Source: a virus (Duplodnaviria > Heunggongvirae > Uroviricota > Caudoviricetes). From it: a stretch of 39,059 nt of DNA. Location: positions 1 to 39,059 of the IMG/VR virus record IMGVR_UViG_3300028888_000058. One strand, 5' to 3'. Below are positions 1 to 9,519 of this stretch, in pieces. Under the pieces are notes generated by a model, which saw nothing but the letters and a program-made list of their open reading frames with translations, made no database searches and had not been told where the DNA came from. The first letter of the stretch is position 1; every line of letters begins with the position of its first letter. The translations under genes were made by a program, and so were the position numbers.

Positions 1-1014
1 GCAAAACGTGCACTTGAAACGGCAAAGAAAACATCAGCAGATATTACTGATATTCTTCTTGTAGGTGGTTCATCTCGTATGCCACAAGTTCAAGAAGCTC
101 TTAAGAATACATTCGGTGATAAGTTGAATAAGTCATCTAACTTTGATGAAGCTGTTGCACTTGGTGCTGCAATTCAGGCTAAGGCAATTGTTAATCCTGA
201 GGAATCAGATACAGTTCTTCTTGATGTAACTCCTATTACATTGGGTATTGAGGTTAATGGTAATATGATGGGTAAGCTTATTGAAGCTAACACAACAATT
301 CCTGCAAAGAAATCACAAATATTTACAACTGCTGTAGATAATCAACCTGCGGTATCAATTGTAGTTCTTCAGGGTGAACGTCCAATGAGTAAGGATAATA
401 AACAAATTGGTATGTTTAATCTTGATGGTATTGCTCCTGCTCCACGTGGTGTTCCACAGATTGAAGTAACATTTGATATTGATGCTAACGGTACATTGAC
501 TGTATCTGCTAAGGATCTTGGAACTCAAAAGGAACAACATATTACGATTAATGATTCCAATACATTATCTAAAGAAGAAATTGAACGTATTAAGAAGGAA
601 GCTGAAGAACATAAAGCCGAGGATGCTGCTAAGAAGGCAGAGTTTGATAAGAAGAATGCTGCTGAGGGATATATTTATTCTGTTGAACGTTCATTAAGCG
701 ATGATAATCTTAAGGATAAGTTTACTGATGATGAAAAGAAACAACTTCAGGATTTAGTTGACGCTGCTAAAAAAGCTATTGATGAAAAAAATGATTCTGA
801 GATGTTTGCAAAGAAAGACGAACTTGAGAAAGTTTATAATCCTATCATCAGTCGTATCTATCAAGAGAATATGCCTAAGGATGCAAATGGAAATCCTCAA
901 GTAGATCCAAATATGTTCAATAATATGTTTGGTGGAAACAACGGAGCATCTGGAGATAATCCATTTGGTGGAAATCCATTCCAAGCTGGAACTCCGTTCA
1001 CAGAAACAAAATAA
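1..1014 (+). CDS. dnaK: DnaK/Hsp70 chaperone, 5'-truncated by window edge
   Basis: Frame open from base 1 (AKRALE...[15 protein letters not shown]); [39 protein letters not shown] motifs. Confidence 0.97.
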   Translation, partial: AKRALETAKKTSADITDILLVGGSSRMPQVQEALKNTFGDKLNKSSNFDEAVALGAAIQAKAIVNPEESDTVLLDVTPITLGIEVNGNMMGKLIEANTTIPAKKSQIFTTAVDNQPAVSIVVLQGERPMSKDNKQIGMFNLDGIAPAPRGVPQIEVTFDIDANGTLTVSAKDLGTQKEQHITINDSNTLSKEEIERIKKEAEEHKAEDAAKKAEFDKKNAAEGYIYSVERSLSDDNLKDKFTDDEKKQLQDLVDAAKKAIDEKNDSEMFAKKDELEKVYNPIISRIYQENMPKDANGNPQVDPNMFNNMFGGNNGASGDNPFGGNPFQAGTPFTETK

Positions 1015-1024
1015 AACTCTTAAC

Positions 1025-1079
1025 GAGACTCTCATTTGAGAATCTCCAAAATAAATATATTCAATAAATAATTGGAGGT
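1025..1079 (+). promoter_or_regulatory. Two mutually exclusive hairpins in hsp20 leader; one occludes SD GGAGG (1074-1078)
   Basis: 1025-1046 gagactctca/gagaatctc hairpin; 1042-1049 atctccaa pairs with 1072-1079 ttggaggt. Confidence 0.45.
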
Positions 1080-1086
1080 AATTATT

Positions 1087-1521
1087 ATGACAAACGCTTT
1101 AGATTTTTTTGGTGCAAAAGATTTATTTGATTTTAGTTTTAATCCTATTAAAACTTTCTTCGGTGATTTTGTTCCATTTAACTTTACCAATTCCCCAAAG
1201 GTTAATGTAAAGGAAACTGATAAAGCTTATGAAATAGAAATTGCCAATCCTGGATTTGGAAAAGATGATACCAAGATTGAAATTAAAAATGGTATTATCA
1301 GTGTAAGTATGACTAATGAATATCAAGAAGGACCAGAAGATGAAAAATATCATGTCCAACAATGGAGTAAGTCATCTTATAATGAATCTTGGAATATTCC
1401 AGAAAATGTAATTGAAGAACAGATTAGTGCTAAACATGATAATGGAGTTCTTACAATTACATTACCTAAGAAAGAGGTGGAACAAAAACAGATTGAATCT
1501 AGGACAATTAAAATTGAATAA
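1087..1521 (+). CDS. hsp20: Small heat-shock protein (Hsp20/alpha-crystallin family)
   Basis: PKVNVKETDKAYEIEIANPG and ISAKHDNGVLTITLPKK motifs; start moved to ATG 1087, 8 nt after GGAGG. Confidence 0.95.
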   Translation: MTNALDFFGAKDLFDFSFNPIKTFFGDFVPFNFTNSPKVNVKETDKAYEIEIANPGFGKDDTKIEIKNGIISVSMTNEYQEGPEDEKYHVQQWSKSSYNESWNIPENVIEEQISAKHDNGVLTITLPKKEVEQKQIESRTIKIE

Positions 1522-1530
1522 AGAGTTGCT

Positions 1531-1564
1531 TGGGATTGGATCTCGAGATCCAATCCCATTTTTT
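1531..1564 (+). terminator. Intrinsic terminator (perfect 28-bp palindrome + T tract)
   Basis: tgggattggatctc|gagatccaatccca followed by tttttt. Confidence 0.9.
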
Positions 1565-1586
1565 ATAAAAATTATATTGATAAAAT

Positions 1587-1988
1587 ATGACACCAACAGA
1601 ATTAATAATACTTGAACGTAATGATATTCGTTCAGATAAATTTGCTGCTGCCGCAATATCTTATATTTATAAAGCATTTGGTGATATTATTCGTTCAAAA
1701 GAAATATGGCCATTTTCAAATAAAGTAAATTTAGGATGGCAGAATTCTAAAGGAACAGAACAAGACTGTTTAGATGCAATGAATTTTCTTACAAGAGCAT
1801 TAGAGAAATATGAATTAGAATTAGAAGAAGAAACTAATAAGACTAATTTATCTGGAGATGACTTTATTAAGAAACTTAGATACTTGTTAAATAATATAAG
1901 TAATGAGGTTAAAATAGCAAATGAAACTTCAGATAATATTAATGCTACATCAAATAATGTTGAAGAAGAAATTAATAAGTTGTCATAA
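1587..1988 (+). CDS. Hypothetical protein
   Basis: 133-aa ORF filling the gap between hsp20 and dnaJ. Confidence 0.8.
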   Translation: MTPTELIILERNDIRSDKFAAAAISYIYKAFGDIIRSKEIWPFSNKVNLGWQNSKGTEQDCLDAMNFLTRALEKYELELEEETNKTNLSGDDFIKKLRYLLNNISNEVKIANETSDNINATSNNVEEEINKLS

Positions 1989-2000
1989 TAGGTTTTAATT

Positions 2001-3083
2001 ATGAATAGTAAGAATTTATATGATATATTAGGAGTTTCTAATACTGCTTCTGAGGATGAAATTAAAAAGGCTTACAAGAAATTAGCTATTAGATATCATC
2101 CTGATAGACAAGGTGGAAAATCCGATAAAGAAAAACAAGAAGCTGAAGAAAAGTTCAAAGAAATAGGAGCAGCATATGCGATATTAAGTGATCCAAATAA
2201 ACGTCAACGTTATGATGCTTATGGTACTGTTGATGAAGATATGATGGCTGGTACTGGCTTTGACATTGGTGATTTATTTAAGCATATGATGGGTGGTTTT
2301 GGTGGATTTGAAAGTTTCTTTGGAAACCGTGGAGGATTCAGACAAGAATACCCAGAACAAGCAAAATCAATTCAAGTAAACATCCCATTAAATATTGAAC
2401 AGATATTTACTGGTTATTCACATGAAATTGAATATGATGCAGATTATAGATGCTCAGAATGTCATGGATCTGGTGGCACAGGGGTAGAATTATGTCCACA
2501 CTGTCATGGCACTGGTGTTATAACTAGAACACAACAATCAGGATTTGGAATTATACAGCATCAATCACCATGTCCATATTGTGGCGGCACTGGAAAAACA
2601 ATAAAGAATAAATGTTCTAAATGCAACGGCACTGGTATTATAAGAGGCAAAAAGAAATGTAAGATTGAATTTAGACCTGGAGTAGAAAATGGTGATTATA
2701 AAGTTTATCAAGGATACGGTAATGAAGGTAAAGATTCAAGAACACAAAATGGAAATCTAATAGCAGTTCCTGTTTATAATATTGATGAAACAAAATATAA
2801 GATAACAGATAGAGCTGTTTATGAATTGATTGAAGTTTCATATTATGACTGCATATTAGGAGCTGAAATAAAACATAAATTACCAAATGGAAAAGAAGTA
2901 ACTGTTAAGATTCCTGAATATTCTAAAGATGGTACACAGATTGTATTGAAAGGTGAAGGAATTAAATTACAAAATAATTATGGATATGGCAATTACATAT
3001 TTATTATAAAGCCTAAGATGCCAACATATATTAAAGCAGAAGAAAAGGAATTACTTAAAAAGATTAAAAATTTTAATAAATAA
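2001..3083 (+). CDS. dnaJ: DnaJ/Hsp40 co-chaperone, class A
   Basis: J domain with HPD, G/F-rich linker, four CxxCxGxG zinc-finger repeats, C-terminal domain. Confidence 0.97.
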   Translation: MNSKNLYDILGVSNTASEDEIKKAYKKLAIRYHPDRQGGKSDKEKQEAEEKFKEIGAAYAILSDPNKRQRYDAYGTVDEDMMAGTGFDIGDLFKHMMGGFGGFESFFGNRGGFRQEYPEQAKSIQVNIPLNIEQIFTGYSHEIEYDADYRCSECHGSGGTGVELCPHCHGTGVITRTQQSGFGIIQHQSPCPYCGGTGKTIKNKCSKCNGTGIIRGKKKCKIEFRPGVENGDYKVYQGYGNEGKDSRTQNGNLIAVPVYNIDETKYKITDRAVYELIEVSYYDCILGAEIKHKLPNGKEVTVKIPEYSKDGTQIVLKGEGIKLQNNYGYGNYIFIIKPKMPTYIKAEEKELLKKIKNFNK

Positions 3084-3691
3084 TGATTAAGACAGATACT
3101 ACTAAAGAATGTTGGAATCTATCATTTAGTGCTATACTTGCAGGATTTTGCATATCTATAGGTTGTATAGTTAATCTTATGGTAGGTGGTGGAATTCCTG
3201 GTGCTATATTGTTTACGTTTGGACTTATAACAGTAGTTCATTATAAATATGCATTATATACAGGTACTGCTGGATTTGTTGAAAACATATCAGATATTGG
3301 AAACTTATTTTGGTTTATATTTTTCAATAACTTTTTAGGTTGTGCTATAACTGCGGCAATTGCGACATATGCTATACCTGAGTTAGTAGATAAATCAAAT
3401 GCTATTGTTGAAGCAAGATCACAAGTAGATATTTGGCAAGCATTAATAAGAGGCATATTTTGTGGATATTTAATGACAACTGCTGTTAAATTTGCTCGAG
3501 AAAACAAATGGCTACCACTTTTATTTGCGGTCCCAGTATTCATATTAGCAGGATTTTATCATTCTATTGCTGATGCCTTTTATATATGTGCTGCTAATAT
3601 TCATTCACCACAGATAGCATATAATTATTTAATGGTTATATTAGGAAATTTTATAGGGTGTAATTTATATAGATTAAAATTTTTAGAATAA
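3083..3691 (+). CDS. Formate/nitrite transporter (FNT) family channel, short form
   Basis: AILAGFCISIG, LYTG, NFLG, GIFCGYLM, FILAGFYHSIAD, ILGNFIG motifs; TAATG overlap with dnaJ. Confidence 0.9.
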   Translation: MIKTDTTKECWNLSFSAILAGFCISIGCIVNLMVGGGIPGAILFTFGLITVVHYKYALYTGTAGFVENISDIGNLFWFIFFNNFLGCAITAAIATYAIPELVDKSNAIVEARSQVDIWQALIRGIFCGYLMTTAVKFARENKWLPLLFAVPVFILAGFYHSIADAFYICAANIHSPQIAYNYLMVILGNFIGCNLYRLKFLE

Positions 3692-3702
3692 TATTAAAAA
3701 TT

Positions 3703-3732
3703 GTCCAGAAATTTGAATATTTCTGGACTTTT
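3703..3732 (+). terminator. Terminator hairpin whose loop carries the upstream box of the next promoter
   Basis: gtccagaaat-ttgaat-atttctggac then ttttt. Confidence 0.7.
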
Positions 3733-3759
3733 TCTATATTATATTTGTAAATCAAACAA
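3712..3759 (+). promoter_or_regulatory. Putative early promoter TTTGAA-N17-TATATT plus AATCAAACAA leader
   Basis: tttgaa 3712-3717, tatatt 3735-3740, aatcaaacaa 3750-3759; motif recurs through window. Confidence 0.7.
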
Positions 3760-3771
3760 AAAATATAAAGT

Positions 3772-4221
3772 ATGGGATATTCAATTAATTCAACATGGAC
3801 TCGTCTCCATGAAAAAGATATCAATCGTCTCAATGAGATTATTGATGATGAATATTGCATTGAGCAAGAAATTGGTAGAAAACTTCATATTATGAAAGTT
3901 TTTGAAAATCTACTTGAAGAGGAGTTTAATCATTTGAGATTTGACATTATTGAATCATTTATGAAATCAACTAATTGGGAATGGTCATTCTATGAAAATG
4001 GAAAATCATTTTATAAGATTCCTGATAAGAATGATATGATTAAAATGATTAAACGAGAATTCTTTAACCATGCTTTATATGATATCATTGAACTTGGTAA
4101 GAAAGAATATACATGTACAACTGGTGGATTTGTATTCAATATGGGTATAACTGGTGAATATGCTTCTAAAAACAATTGTTATTTGAATATTTATTTTGAT
4201 ATTTCACATTTCACTAAATAA
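3772..4221 (+). CDS. Hypothetical phage protein
   Basis: 149-aa ORF directly after promoter. Confidence 0.8.
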   Translation: MGYSINSTWTRLHEKDINRLNEIIDDEYCIEQEIGRKLHIMKVFENLLEEEFNHLRFDIIESFMKSTNWEWSFYENGKSFYKIPDKNDMIKMIKREFFNHALYDIIELGKKEYTCTTGGFVFNMGITGEYASKNNCYLNIYFDISHFTK

Positions 4222-4224
4222 ATT

Positions 4225-4455
4225 ATGCAAAAGTATCCTTATTACAGTATTAATAAAGTGGAAGGCGGAATGATGACAAAACTTTTCAGAAACCGTCACT
4301 TTAATACACAAGAAGATGCAGTAATTGCTTTTAATAAGTGGAGAGAAAATCATCCAAATATTGAAGGACAATATATTATTCTACATTATACTACATATTA
4401 CACATCAAGAATTTGTATGATTTTTGAAGGAAGCACAATAACATGGATTGATTAA
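4225..4455 (+). CDS. Hypothetical protein
   Basis: Tightly packed ORF with aattatg start context. Confidence 0.7.
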   Translation: MQKYPYYSINKVEGGMMTKLFRNRHFNTQEDAVIAFNKWRENHPNIEGQYIILHYTTYYTSRICMIFEGSTITWID

Positions 4456-4483
4456 ATGAATAAACCAATTAAGATATATAATT

Positions 4484-4948
4484 ATGATTAAAACTTGGAA
4501 TGATTTTATTAATGTTAGAAATTGTGGTATTAATAATTGTGATGACGAATATCTGGACGAATATCATAATGTAATATTAGGTGGATTACCATTAAATGTT
4601 ATTGATCCATATTTCCAAAGTAAAATTGTTGGTAAAATATTTGAAGTTATTGGAGAAATTTCATTTAGATGTCCATGCGGAGGCGCTAGAACAAATAAAA
4701 TTGTAATTAAAAAATCAAAAACTTCATGTAAATCTATTACATATAAACATGATAATGCGCATGGATGGCGATTTTCTGCAAAATTTAAAACAGTAGATAA
4801 TAAAACATTTACTGCATATGATCATGTTAATGAAATTTTTGACAAACATTCTAATGTGAATTTTACTATTAATGATGCATTTATTCTATTAAATGAAGTT
4901 TATGAAATGTATAAACCTGTAGATTTAAATTCTGAAATTAATAAATGA
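4484..4948 (+). CDS. Hypothetical protein
   Basis: 154-aa ORF; ATGA overlap with next gene. Confidence 0.8.
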   Translation: MIKTWNDFINVRNCGINNCDDEYLDEYHNVILGGLPLNVIDPYFQSKIVGKIFEVIGEISFRCPCGGARTNKIVIKKSKTSCKSITYKHDNAHGWRFSAKFKTVDNKTFTAYDHVNEIFDKHSNVNFTINDAFILLNEVYEMYKPVDLNSEINK

Positions 4949-5646
4949 ATAAGCCTATTAGAAATATACTTTGTTATTCTCATTATGATTTTGATAATAT
5001 AATGAGAAATAATGGATGGATAGATAAACTTCCTGAAGGGGTTTCTGCAATATCAATATGTTCTCCAAATGAGGGTGATCTTGCAGAACATTGGTTTAAG
5101 AATGATTGGAACACTGTCGGGGAAGATCATAATCCAAGAGTATATAATCTCGATATTGATGATATTAACCCATTTTGGTTTAAAAATCAAGAAAGTAAAT
5201 GCTATGATGATTCTTTGGAATTATATAATGAAGGTAAAGTAAAACAATCAAATATTTATTTTAGTCATATCTATATTACCGGATTAAATAACGAATGTAT
5301 AGATATTCTTCATGCATTAGATTATGAAGAGGCATTTAAATTGGTAGATTGGATTAATTGGAGACTTAAATATGATGATACTATTTATATTCACTGTGCT
5401 GTTGGTGCAAGTAGAAGTCAGGGTGTTGTAAGATATATTGTTGATACTTATGGGAATGATTATGATATTAGATTGAATCCAAGCAATCCTAATAATACAT
5501 ATAATCCACATGTGTTGATAATGTTAAAGCGTGCATATATGAATAGCGATTTTTATTCTTGTATATATCAAGATGATGAATATAATTATTTGAATCACGC
5601 AGAACCAATGAAATTTGATGATAACATTAAATTAAATTTATTATGA
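4945..5646 (+). CDS. Cysteine-dependent (PTP/dual-specificity-like) phosphatase
   Basis: IYIHCAVGASRSQGV = HCX5R(S) P-loop; conserved PNPHV-like motif downstream. Confidence 0.8.
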   Translation: MNKPIRNILCYSHYDFDNIMRNNGWIDKLPEGVSAISICSPNEGDLAEHWFKNDWNTVGEDHNPRVYNLDIDDINPFWFKNQESKCYDDSLELYNEGKVKQSNIYFSHIYITGLNNECIDILHALDYEEAFKLVDWINWRLKYDDTIYIHCAVGASRSQGVVRYIVDTYGNDYDIRLNPSNPNNTYNPHVLIMLKRAYMNSDFYSCIYQDDEYNYLNHAEPMKFDDNIKLNLL

Positions 5647-5834
5647 AACCAAATTTTATAAAATATTCCATATATAATCATGCTGGTCATACTTTTACTG
5701 GTAATGCAACAGAATTTGCTTATTATTGGGTAAATAGAAATAATGAATATATTTCAAAAGAATGGTGTATAAAACAAATAAAAAGATCAAAATCTAGAAA
5801 TAGTAGAAGATATAAATCAAAATATGAAATTTGA
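5643..5834 (+). CDS. Hypothetical protein
   Basis: ATGA-coupled short ORF. Confidence 0.6.
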   Translation: MKPNFIKYSIYNHAGHTFTGNATEFAYYWVNRNNEYISKEWCIKQIKRSKSRNSRRYKSKYEI

Positions 5835-5858
5835 TTAAAATATTAAACTAAATATTTT

Positions 5859-6038
5859 ATGAGTAACGAACAGTATTTTTATAAGATTCTTCAGGATTAT
5901 GGAAAATATCTTGAAAGATGTGAAGAAGATGGTAATGAAGCTATGGATTTGATTAGTTTCGGATGTCTTGGTTATGATATTGGAGATGATGATATCTTAT
6001 GTGATGAATTCATTAAATGGACTAAAAATCATAAATAA
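5859..6038 (+). CDS. Hypothetical protein (59 aa, not in ORF track)
   Basis: MSNEQYFYKILQDYGK...TKNHK*; TAATG coupling to next ORF. Confidence 0.65.
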   Translation: MSNEQYFYKILQDYGKYLERCEEDGNEAMDLISFGCLGYDIGDDDILCDEFIKWTKNHK

Positions 6039-6169
6039 TGTACGAAGATACTAATTATATATATTATCATATTTTTGATGAACCTGAATTTAAAGTTGAA
6101 ATAAAAGACAAGAAATCTTCTCCTAAAGATTATGGAATGAAACTATTAAATAAAAGAAGAAAGAAATGA
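6038..6169 (+). CDS. Hypothetical protein (43 aa, not in ORF track)
   Basis: MYEDTNYIYYHIFDE...RRKK*; coupled at both ends. Confidence 0.6.
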   Translation: MYEDTNYIYYHIFDEPEFKVEIKDKKSSPKDYGMKLLNKRRKK

Positions 6170-6465
6170 AAAAAATTATAGTAATATTTTTAATGTGCAT
6201 ATGTCTATCATCTTGCGATTGGATGGATGATAAGACAGGCAAGTGTAAAGTTAATTATTCTATTGTTTATCCTGATACGACAATAACATATGATTCTATA
6301 TTTTATTATAGATGGGCTGCAGAACATTGGAATACACATGTTCCATTTACATCATCTTATAAAGGATCTAATTATATTAGATTAGGAATGAATGAATTTG
6401 TTCATACCACATGTCCTATTCGTATTAATTCATATAAGATACTAACAAAGAATATAGATGAATAA
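6166..6465 (+). CDS. Putative lipoprotein
   Basis: MKKIIVIFLMCICLSS-C signal II-like N-terminus. Confidence 0.7.
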   Translation: MKKIIVIFLMCICLSSCDWMDDKTGKCKVNYSIVYPDTTITYDSIFYYRWAAEHWNTHVPFTSSYKGSNYIRLGMNEFVHTTCPIRINSYKILTKNIDE

Positions 6466-6598
6466 CGATTTAGAAGAACTTAAGACTACATATAAAGTCT
6501 TAAAGAAAATTATGGGAGAAAATCATATGACAAAAGATACTGCTTTTGTTAGGGTTCTTAATTATATATCTAATAAAATTTGTGATGAGATAGTATGA
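6458..6598 (+). CDS. Hypothetical protein (46 aa, not in ORF track)
   Basis: MNNDLEELKTTYKVLKK...; ATGA overlap with 6595. Confidence 0.6.
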   Translation: MNNDLEELKTTYKVLKKIMGENHMTKDTAFVRVLNYISNKICDEIV

Positions 6599-6879
6599 CT
6601 GTACAAGAAATTAAAAATTTTATTATCAATATTAAAGCTGCATCAATAGTTAATTCTTTTTTGTTTGATTACCTTGATGAACATGGTAAATTAGATGATA
6701 TTAAAGAAGAATTATATGAAGATGATTATGATGATATACATGTCATTGGATATACATGTGATGTTAATATTATTAAAGTATTTGTTATCTACGCATGTGA
6801 ATGTACAGATACCGGTTTGATGTTTGAAGAATTTAGTATTGAATTAGATGACTTTATAAATTATCTTAAGAAAAACTAA
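6595..6879 (+). CDS. Hypothetical acidic protein
   Basis: 94-aa ORF. Confidence 0.75.
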   Translation: MTVQEIKNFIINIKAASIVNSFLFDYLDEHGKLDDIKEELYEDDYDDIHVIGYTCDVNIIKVFVIYACECTDTGLMFEEFSIELDDFINYLKKN

Positions 6880-6914
6880 GTATATAATTTATTAATGAAA
6901 TTATTTATATAATA

Positions 6915-6959
6915 TTTGAATTTTTCGTAAAATGTTCTATATTTAAATTAATCAAACAA
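6915..6959 (+). promoter_or_regulatory. Putative early promoter plus AATCAAACAA leader
   Basis: tttgaa 6915-6920, N17, tatatt 6938-6943, aatcaaacaa 6950-6959. Confidence 0.7.
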
Positions 6960-6970
6960 ATATATAGAAT

Positions 6971-7336
6971 ATGAATATAAAGTATCAAATTCAGATTAAG
7001 ACCCGTAATTGTGATGGTAGTTCTCCAGTTATTACAAAGTCTATTTCGTTGGAAGATTTGATTAGGTTTTCAAATCTTGCATCAATTATCAATAAGAATT
7101 TCAAGGGTGATGTTTGGAATTGGTTCGGACAGAACAAAGGCCTCCCAAAGATGTGGGATGGTAACCAATATGTTCTATATACTTGTGGTATTGCTAATTG
7201 GATGAAGAAGGAGTTTGATTATAATGTAGAAGATTTTAATCTTATTAAAGAGTTCTATCTTCGTTTTACTCCAGACGGTTGTGATGGTATTGAGTGGATT
7301 AAGTTTTTTAAAGTAGAAGAACTTACTGATTTTTAA
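6971..7336 (+). CDS. Hypothetical protein
   Basis: 121-aa ORF after promoter. Confidence 0.8.
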   Translation: MNIKYQIQIKTRNCDGSSPVITKSISLEDLIRFSNLASIINKNFKGDVWNWFGQNKGLPKMWDGNQYVLYTCGIANWMKKEFDYNVEDFNLIKEFYLRFTPDGCDGIEWIKFFKVEELTDF

Positions 7337-7337
7337 T

Positions 7338-7661
7338 ATGAAAGATTTAATTGCAGCATTAATTATTTTGAATGATGTTTTGAATAGACCAGATTCGAAA
7401 TATCCTACAGCATGTGAGCATGATATGCTTTATGTATGTGACGTCAATTTCAATTTAGTTACAATTGATATGATTCACACATTATATAAGCTTGGTTTTA
7501 TTCCTGGTTCTGATGAAGATGCAGATATTCTTATTAATTATAATGATGCTGGAGAATATGATGGTGAAATTGATTTTGAAACAATTGATCAGGAGACTTG
7601 GGATTCTATTAAAGAAGAATTAACAAATTGTTTTAGATCATATCGTTTTGGTAGTTGTTAA
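7338..7661 (+). CDS. Hypothetical phage protein (PxxCEHD motif)
   Basis: YPTACEHDMLYV and FGSC end resemble a widespread uncharacterised phage family (recalled). Confidence 0.8.
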   Translation: MKDLIAALIILNDVLNRPDSKYPTACEHDMLYVCDVNFNLVTIDMIHTLYKLGFIPGSDEDADILINYNDAGEYDGEIDFETIDQETWDSIKEELTNCFRSYRFGSC

Positions 7662-7674
7662 AAAATGTTAAAAT

Positions 7675-7720
7675 TTTGATTTAATTTAAAAAAATTCTAT
7701 ATTATTATATAATCAAACAA
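7675..7720 (+). promoter_or_regulatory. Putative early promoter plus AATCAAACAA leader
   Basis: tttgat 7675-7680, N17, tatatt 7698-7703, aatcaaacaa 7711-7720. Confidence 0.7.
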
Positions 7721-7722
7721 CA

Positions 7723-8055
7723 ATGAAGAGAATTTTAGATATTCTTTGTGACCAAGTAATTGATATTGCATTAATTAATAAAGATGCGATTATATCGATT
7801 GAAAACGCAGATCTAAGAAATTATCCTAGTCGTTTTGTAGAACGTATTGAATCAGTTAAAAATTATTGTTTCAAATTATACGTTGATACTGATAACGGAA
7901 AGCTTAATTATTATGACATTAATGATCTGATGATTTATTTAATGCGAGCATTGGGTAATTATCGTAATTCATATCGTAAAAACAGTTATGCATATCGAGT
8001 TATGAATTCATTATTGGATATTGTTGAACAGTCGTTTATAGAAATCAATTCATAA
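7723..8055 (+). CDS. Hypothetical protein
   Basis: 110-aa ORF after promoter. Confidence 0.8.
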   Translation: MKRILDILCDQVIDIALINKDAIISIENADLRNYPSRFVERIESVKNYCFKLYVDTDNGKLNYYDINDLMIYLMRALGNYRNSYRKNSYAYRVMNSLLDIVEQSFIEINS

Positions 8056-8056
8056 A

Positions 8057-8434
8057 ATGAAGAAGCTATTATTTACCACATTATTGTTTTTAACATCAGT
8101 TTTTGCATATTCTGTTGATTTGAATGGAACATATTTGACCGAAGATTATAACACCAAGTCAATTGATAATTTGATTAAAGTAACATATACATTCACTAAT
8201 GATAGTCTATATATTGATGTATATCCTTCAGGGTGTGGTATTTCTGCAATGAGTTTAAAACAAACTTCAGATAATGATTATGATGCTGTGGAAACACTAT
8301 ATGATATTAATACTGGAGATATCCTAAAGAAGACAATATATCATCTATCATTTTTTCCTTGTGTTTGGGATAAAGATAGTTGGGCAGTGTATAGAGATGA
8401 AACTGTAATAGATATAATTAAAAAGATTGATTAA
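8057..8434 (+). CDS. Putative secreted protein
   Basis: MKKLLFTTLLFLTSVFA signal-peptide-like N-terminus. Confidence 0.7.
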   Translation: MKKLLFTTLLFLTSVFAYSVDLNGTYLTEDYNTKSIDNLIKVTYTFTNDSLYIDVYPSGCGISAMSLKQTSDNDYDAVETLYDINTGDILKKTIYHLSFFPCVWDKDSWAVYRDETVIDIIKKID

Positions 8435-8906
8435 TATGAAGAAGTTTGAGATTATTCGTGACATTTTTTCAATTGTAATGCGTTGTGGATTTAACGACGA
8501 TAAACAGGATGCTATTAGCGAGTATACAAAAGATAAGCTGACTAATACAGTATATGTTAAGAAGATTGCATTGGTGGATTCTGTTACTAATGTAGATTCT
8601 ATTGCAGTGACTGCTATGGAAAGTGATTTTTCAGATGCTTGTGATTCAGATCTTCGTATTGCATTTAATGATAAAAATATTGGAAAGAGAATTATTCTTT
8701 ATGCCAATGAAGTAGAATATTCTGTATTGGTAATCATTTATGAGTACCTACGAAGAATGTTCGGTGCTAATAAAGATGAATTTGCATATAATTATGTTAT
8801 GAATGCATGGGATATTCTTGAAAGTGAGGGAAAAACTGTTAATCTACCTAATAAAGAGTTGATGTATATTCTTAATAAATTTAAAGAGACATTTGTAGAT
8901 AAATGA
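8427..8906 (+). CDS. Hypothetical protein
   Basis: ORF in packed operon; true start may be ATG 8436. Confidence 0.8.
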   Translation: MINMKKFEIIRDIFSIVMRCGFNDDKQDAISEYTKDKLTNTVYVKKIALVDSVTNVDSIAVTAMESDFSDACDSDLRIAFNDKNIGKRIILYANEVEYSVLVIIYEYLRRMFGANKDEFAYNYVMNAWDILESEGKTVNLPNKELMYILNKFKETFVDK

Positions 8907-9223
8907 AAGATGAACGATTGATAACAGAGGATCTTCTTAAGTCAATAGGATTCGAAGATGTTACATTTGAATGGGAACGAGAATATTGGAATAAAATATT
9001 AGGTATTGATAATTATTGTACATTAAGATATTGTACATATAATGAAGATGGTTCAAACTGTGTTAAATTAGATTTTCAAAATGGCATTGTGAATAATGAT
9101 GCTAATTGGGGATTACATATAGATAATAATGCTTGTGAATCTATTGGATCTGCTGATATATCTTATGTATGGCAATTTAATATGATGATGGAAATTTTAG
9201 GTTCGAAATTTAGAATTATATAA
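8903..9223 (+). CDS. Hypothetical protein
   Basis: ATGA-coupled 106-aa ORF. Confidence 0.8.
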   Translation: MKDERLITEDLLKSIGFEDVTFEWEREYWNKILGIDNYCTLRYCTYNEDGSNCVKLDFQNGIVNNDANWGLHIDNNACESIGSADISYVWQFNMMMEILGSKFRII

Positions 9224-9224
9224 T

Positions 9225-9479
9225 ATGGGACGTTGGAGTATTAAAGAATTAGATAAGTCAAAGACTGAACAATCTATAGTTAATGAAGAAGCAAGATTGA
9301 AGCAGATTAAGGAATCTTATGCTAAGTTGGATAATGAATATGAAGCATATCGTGAAGAATCTAATAAGAAGCTTAATGATATGAAGGAACGACTTAGATC
9401 TTTAGAGAATTCTTATAGACAGGGTTCTGAATTTATTAGACAATGTAATATACATTTAAGAGAAGATTTTAACGATTAA
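9225..9479 (+). CDS. Hypothetical coiled-coil protein
   Basis: Heptad-rich E/K/L sequence. Confidence 0.75.
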   Translation: MGRWSIKELDKSKTEQSIVNEEARLKQIKESYAKLDNEYEAYREESNKKLNDMKERLRSLENSYRQGSEFIRQCNIHLREDFND

Positions 9480-9519
9480 TAATATATAACAAATAAAAAT
9501 ATATAAGGAGAGAAAAACT

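Noticed and set aside
1014-1071. CIRCE/HrcA operator upstream of hsp20
   Set aside because: The inverted repeat does not match TTAGCACTC-N9-GAGTGCTAA
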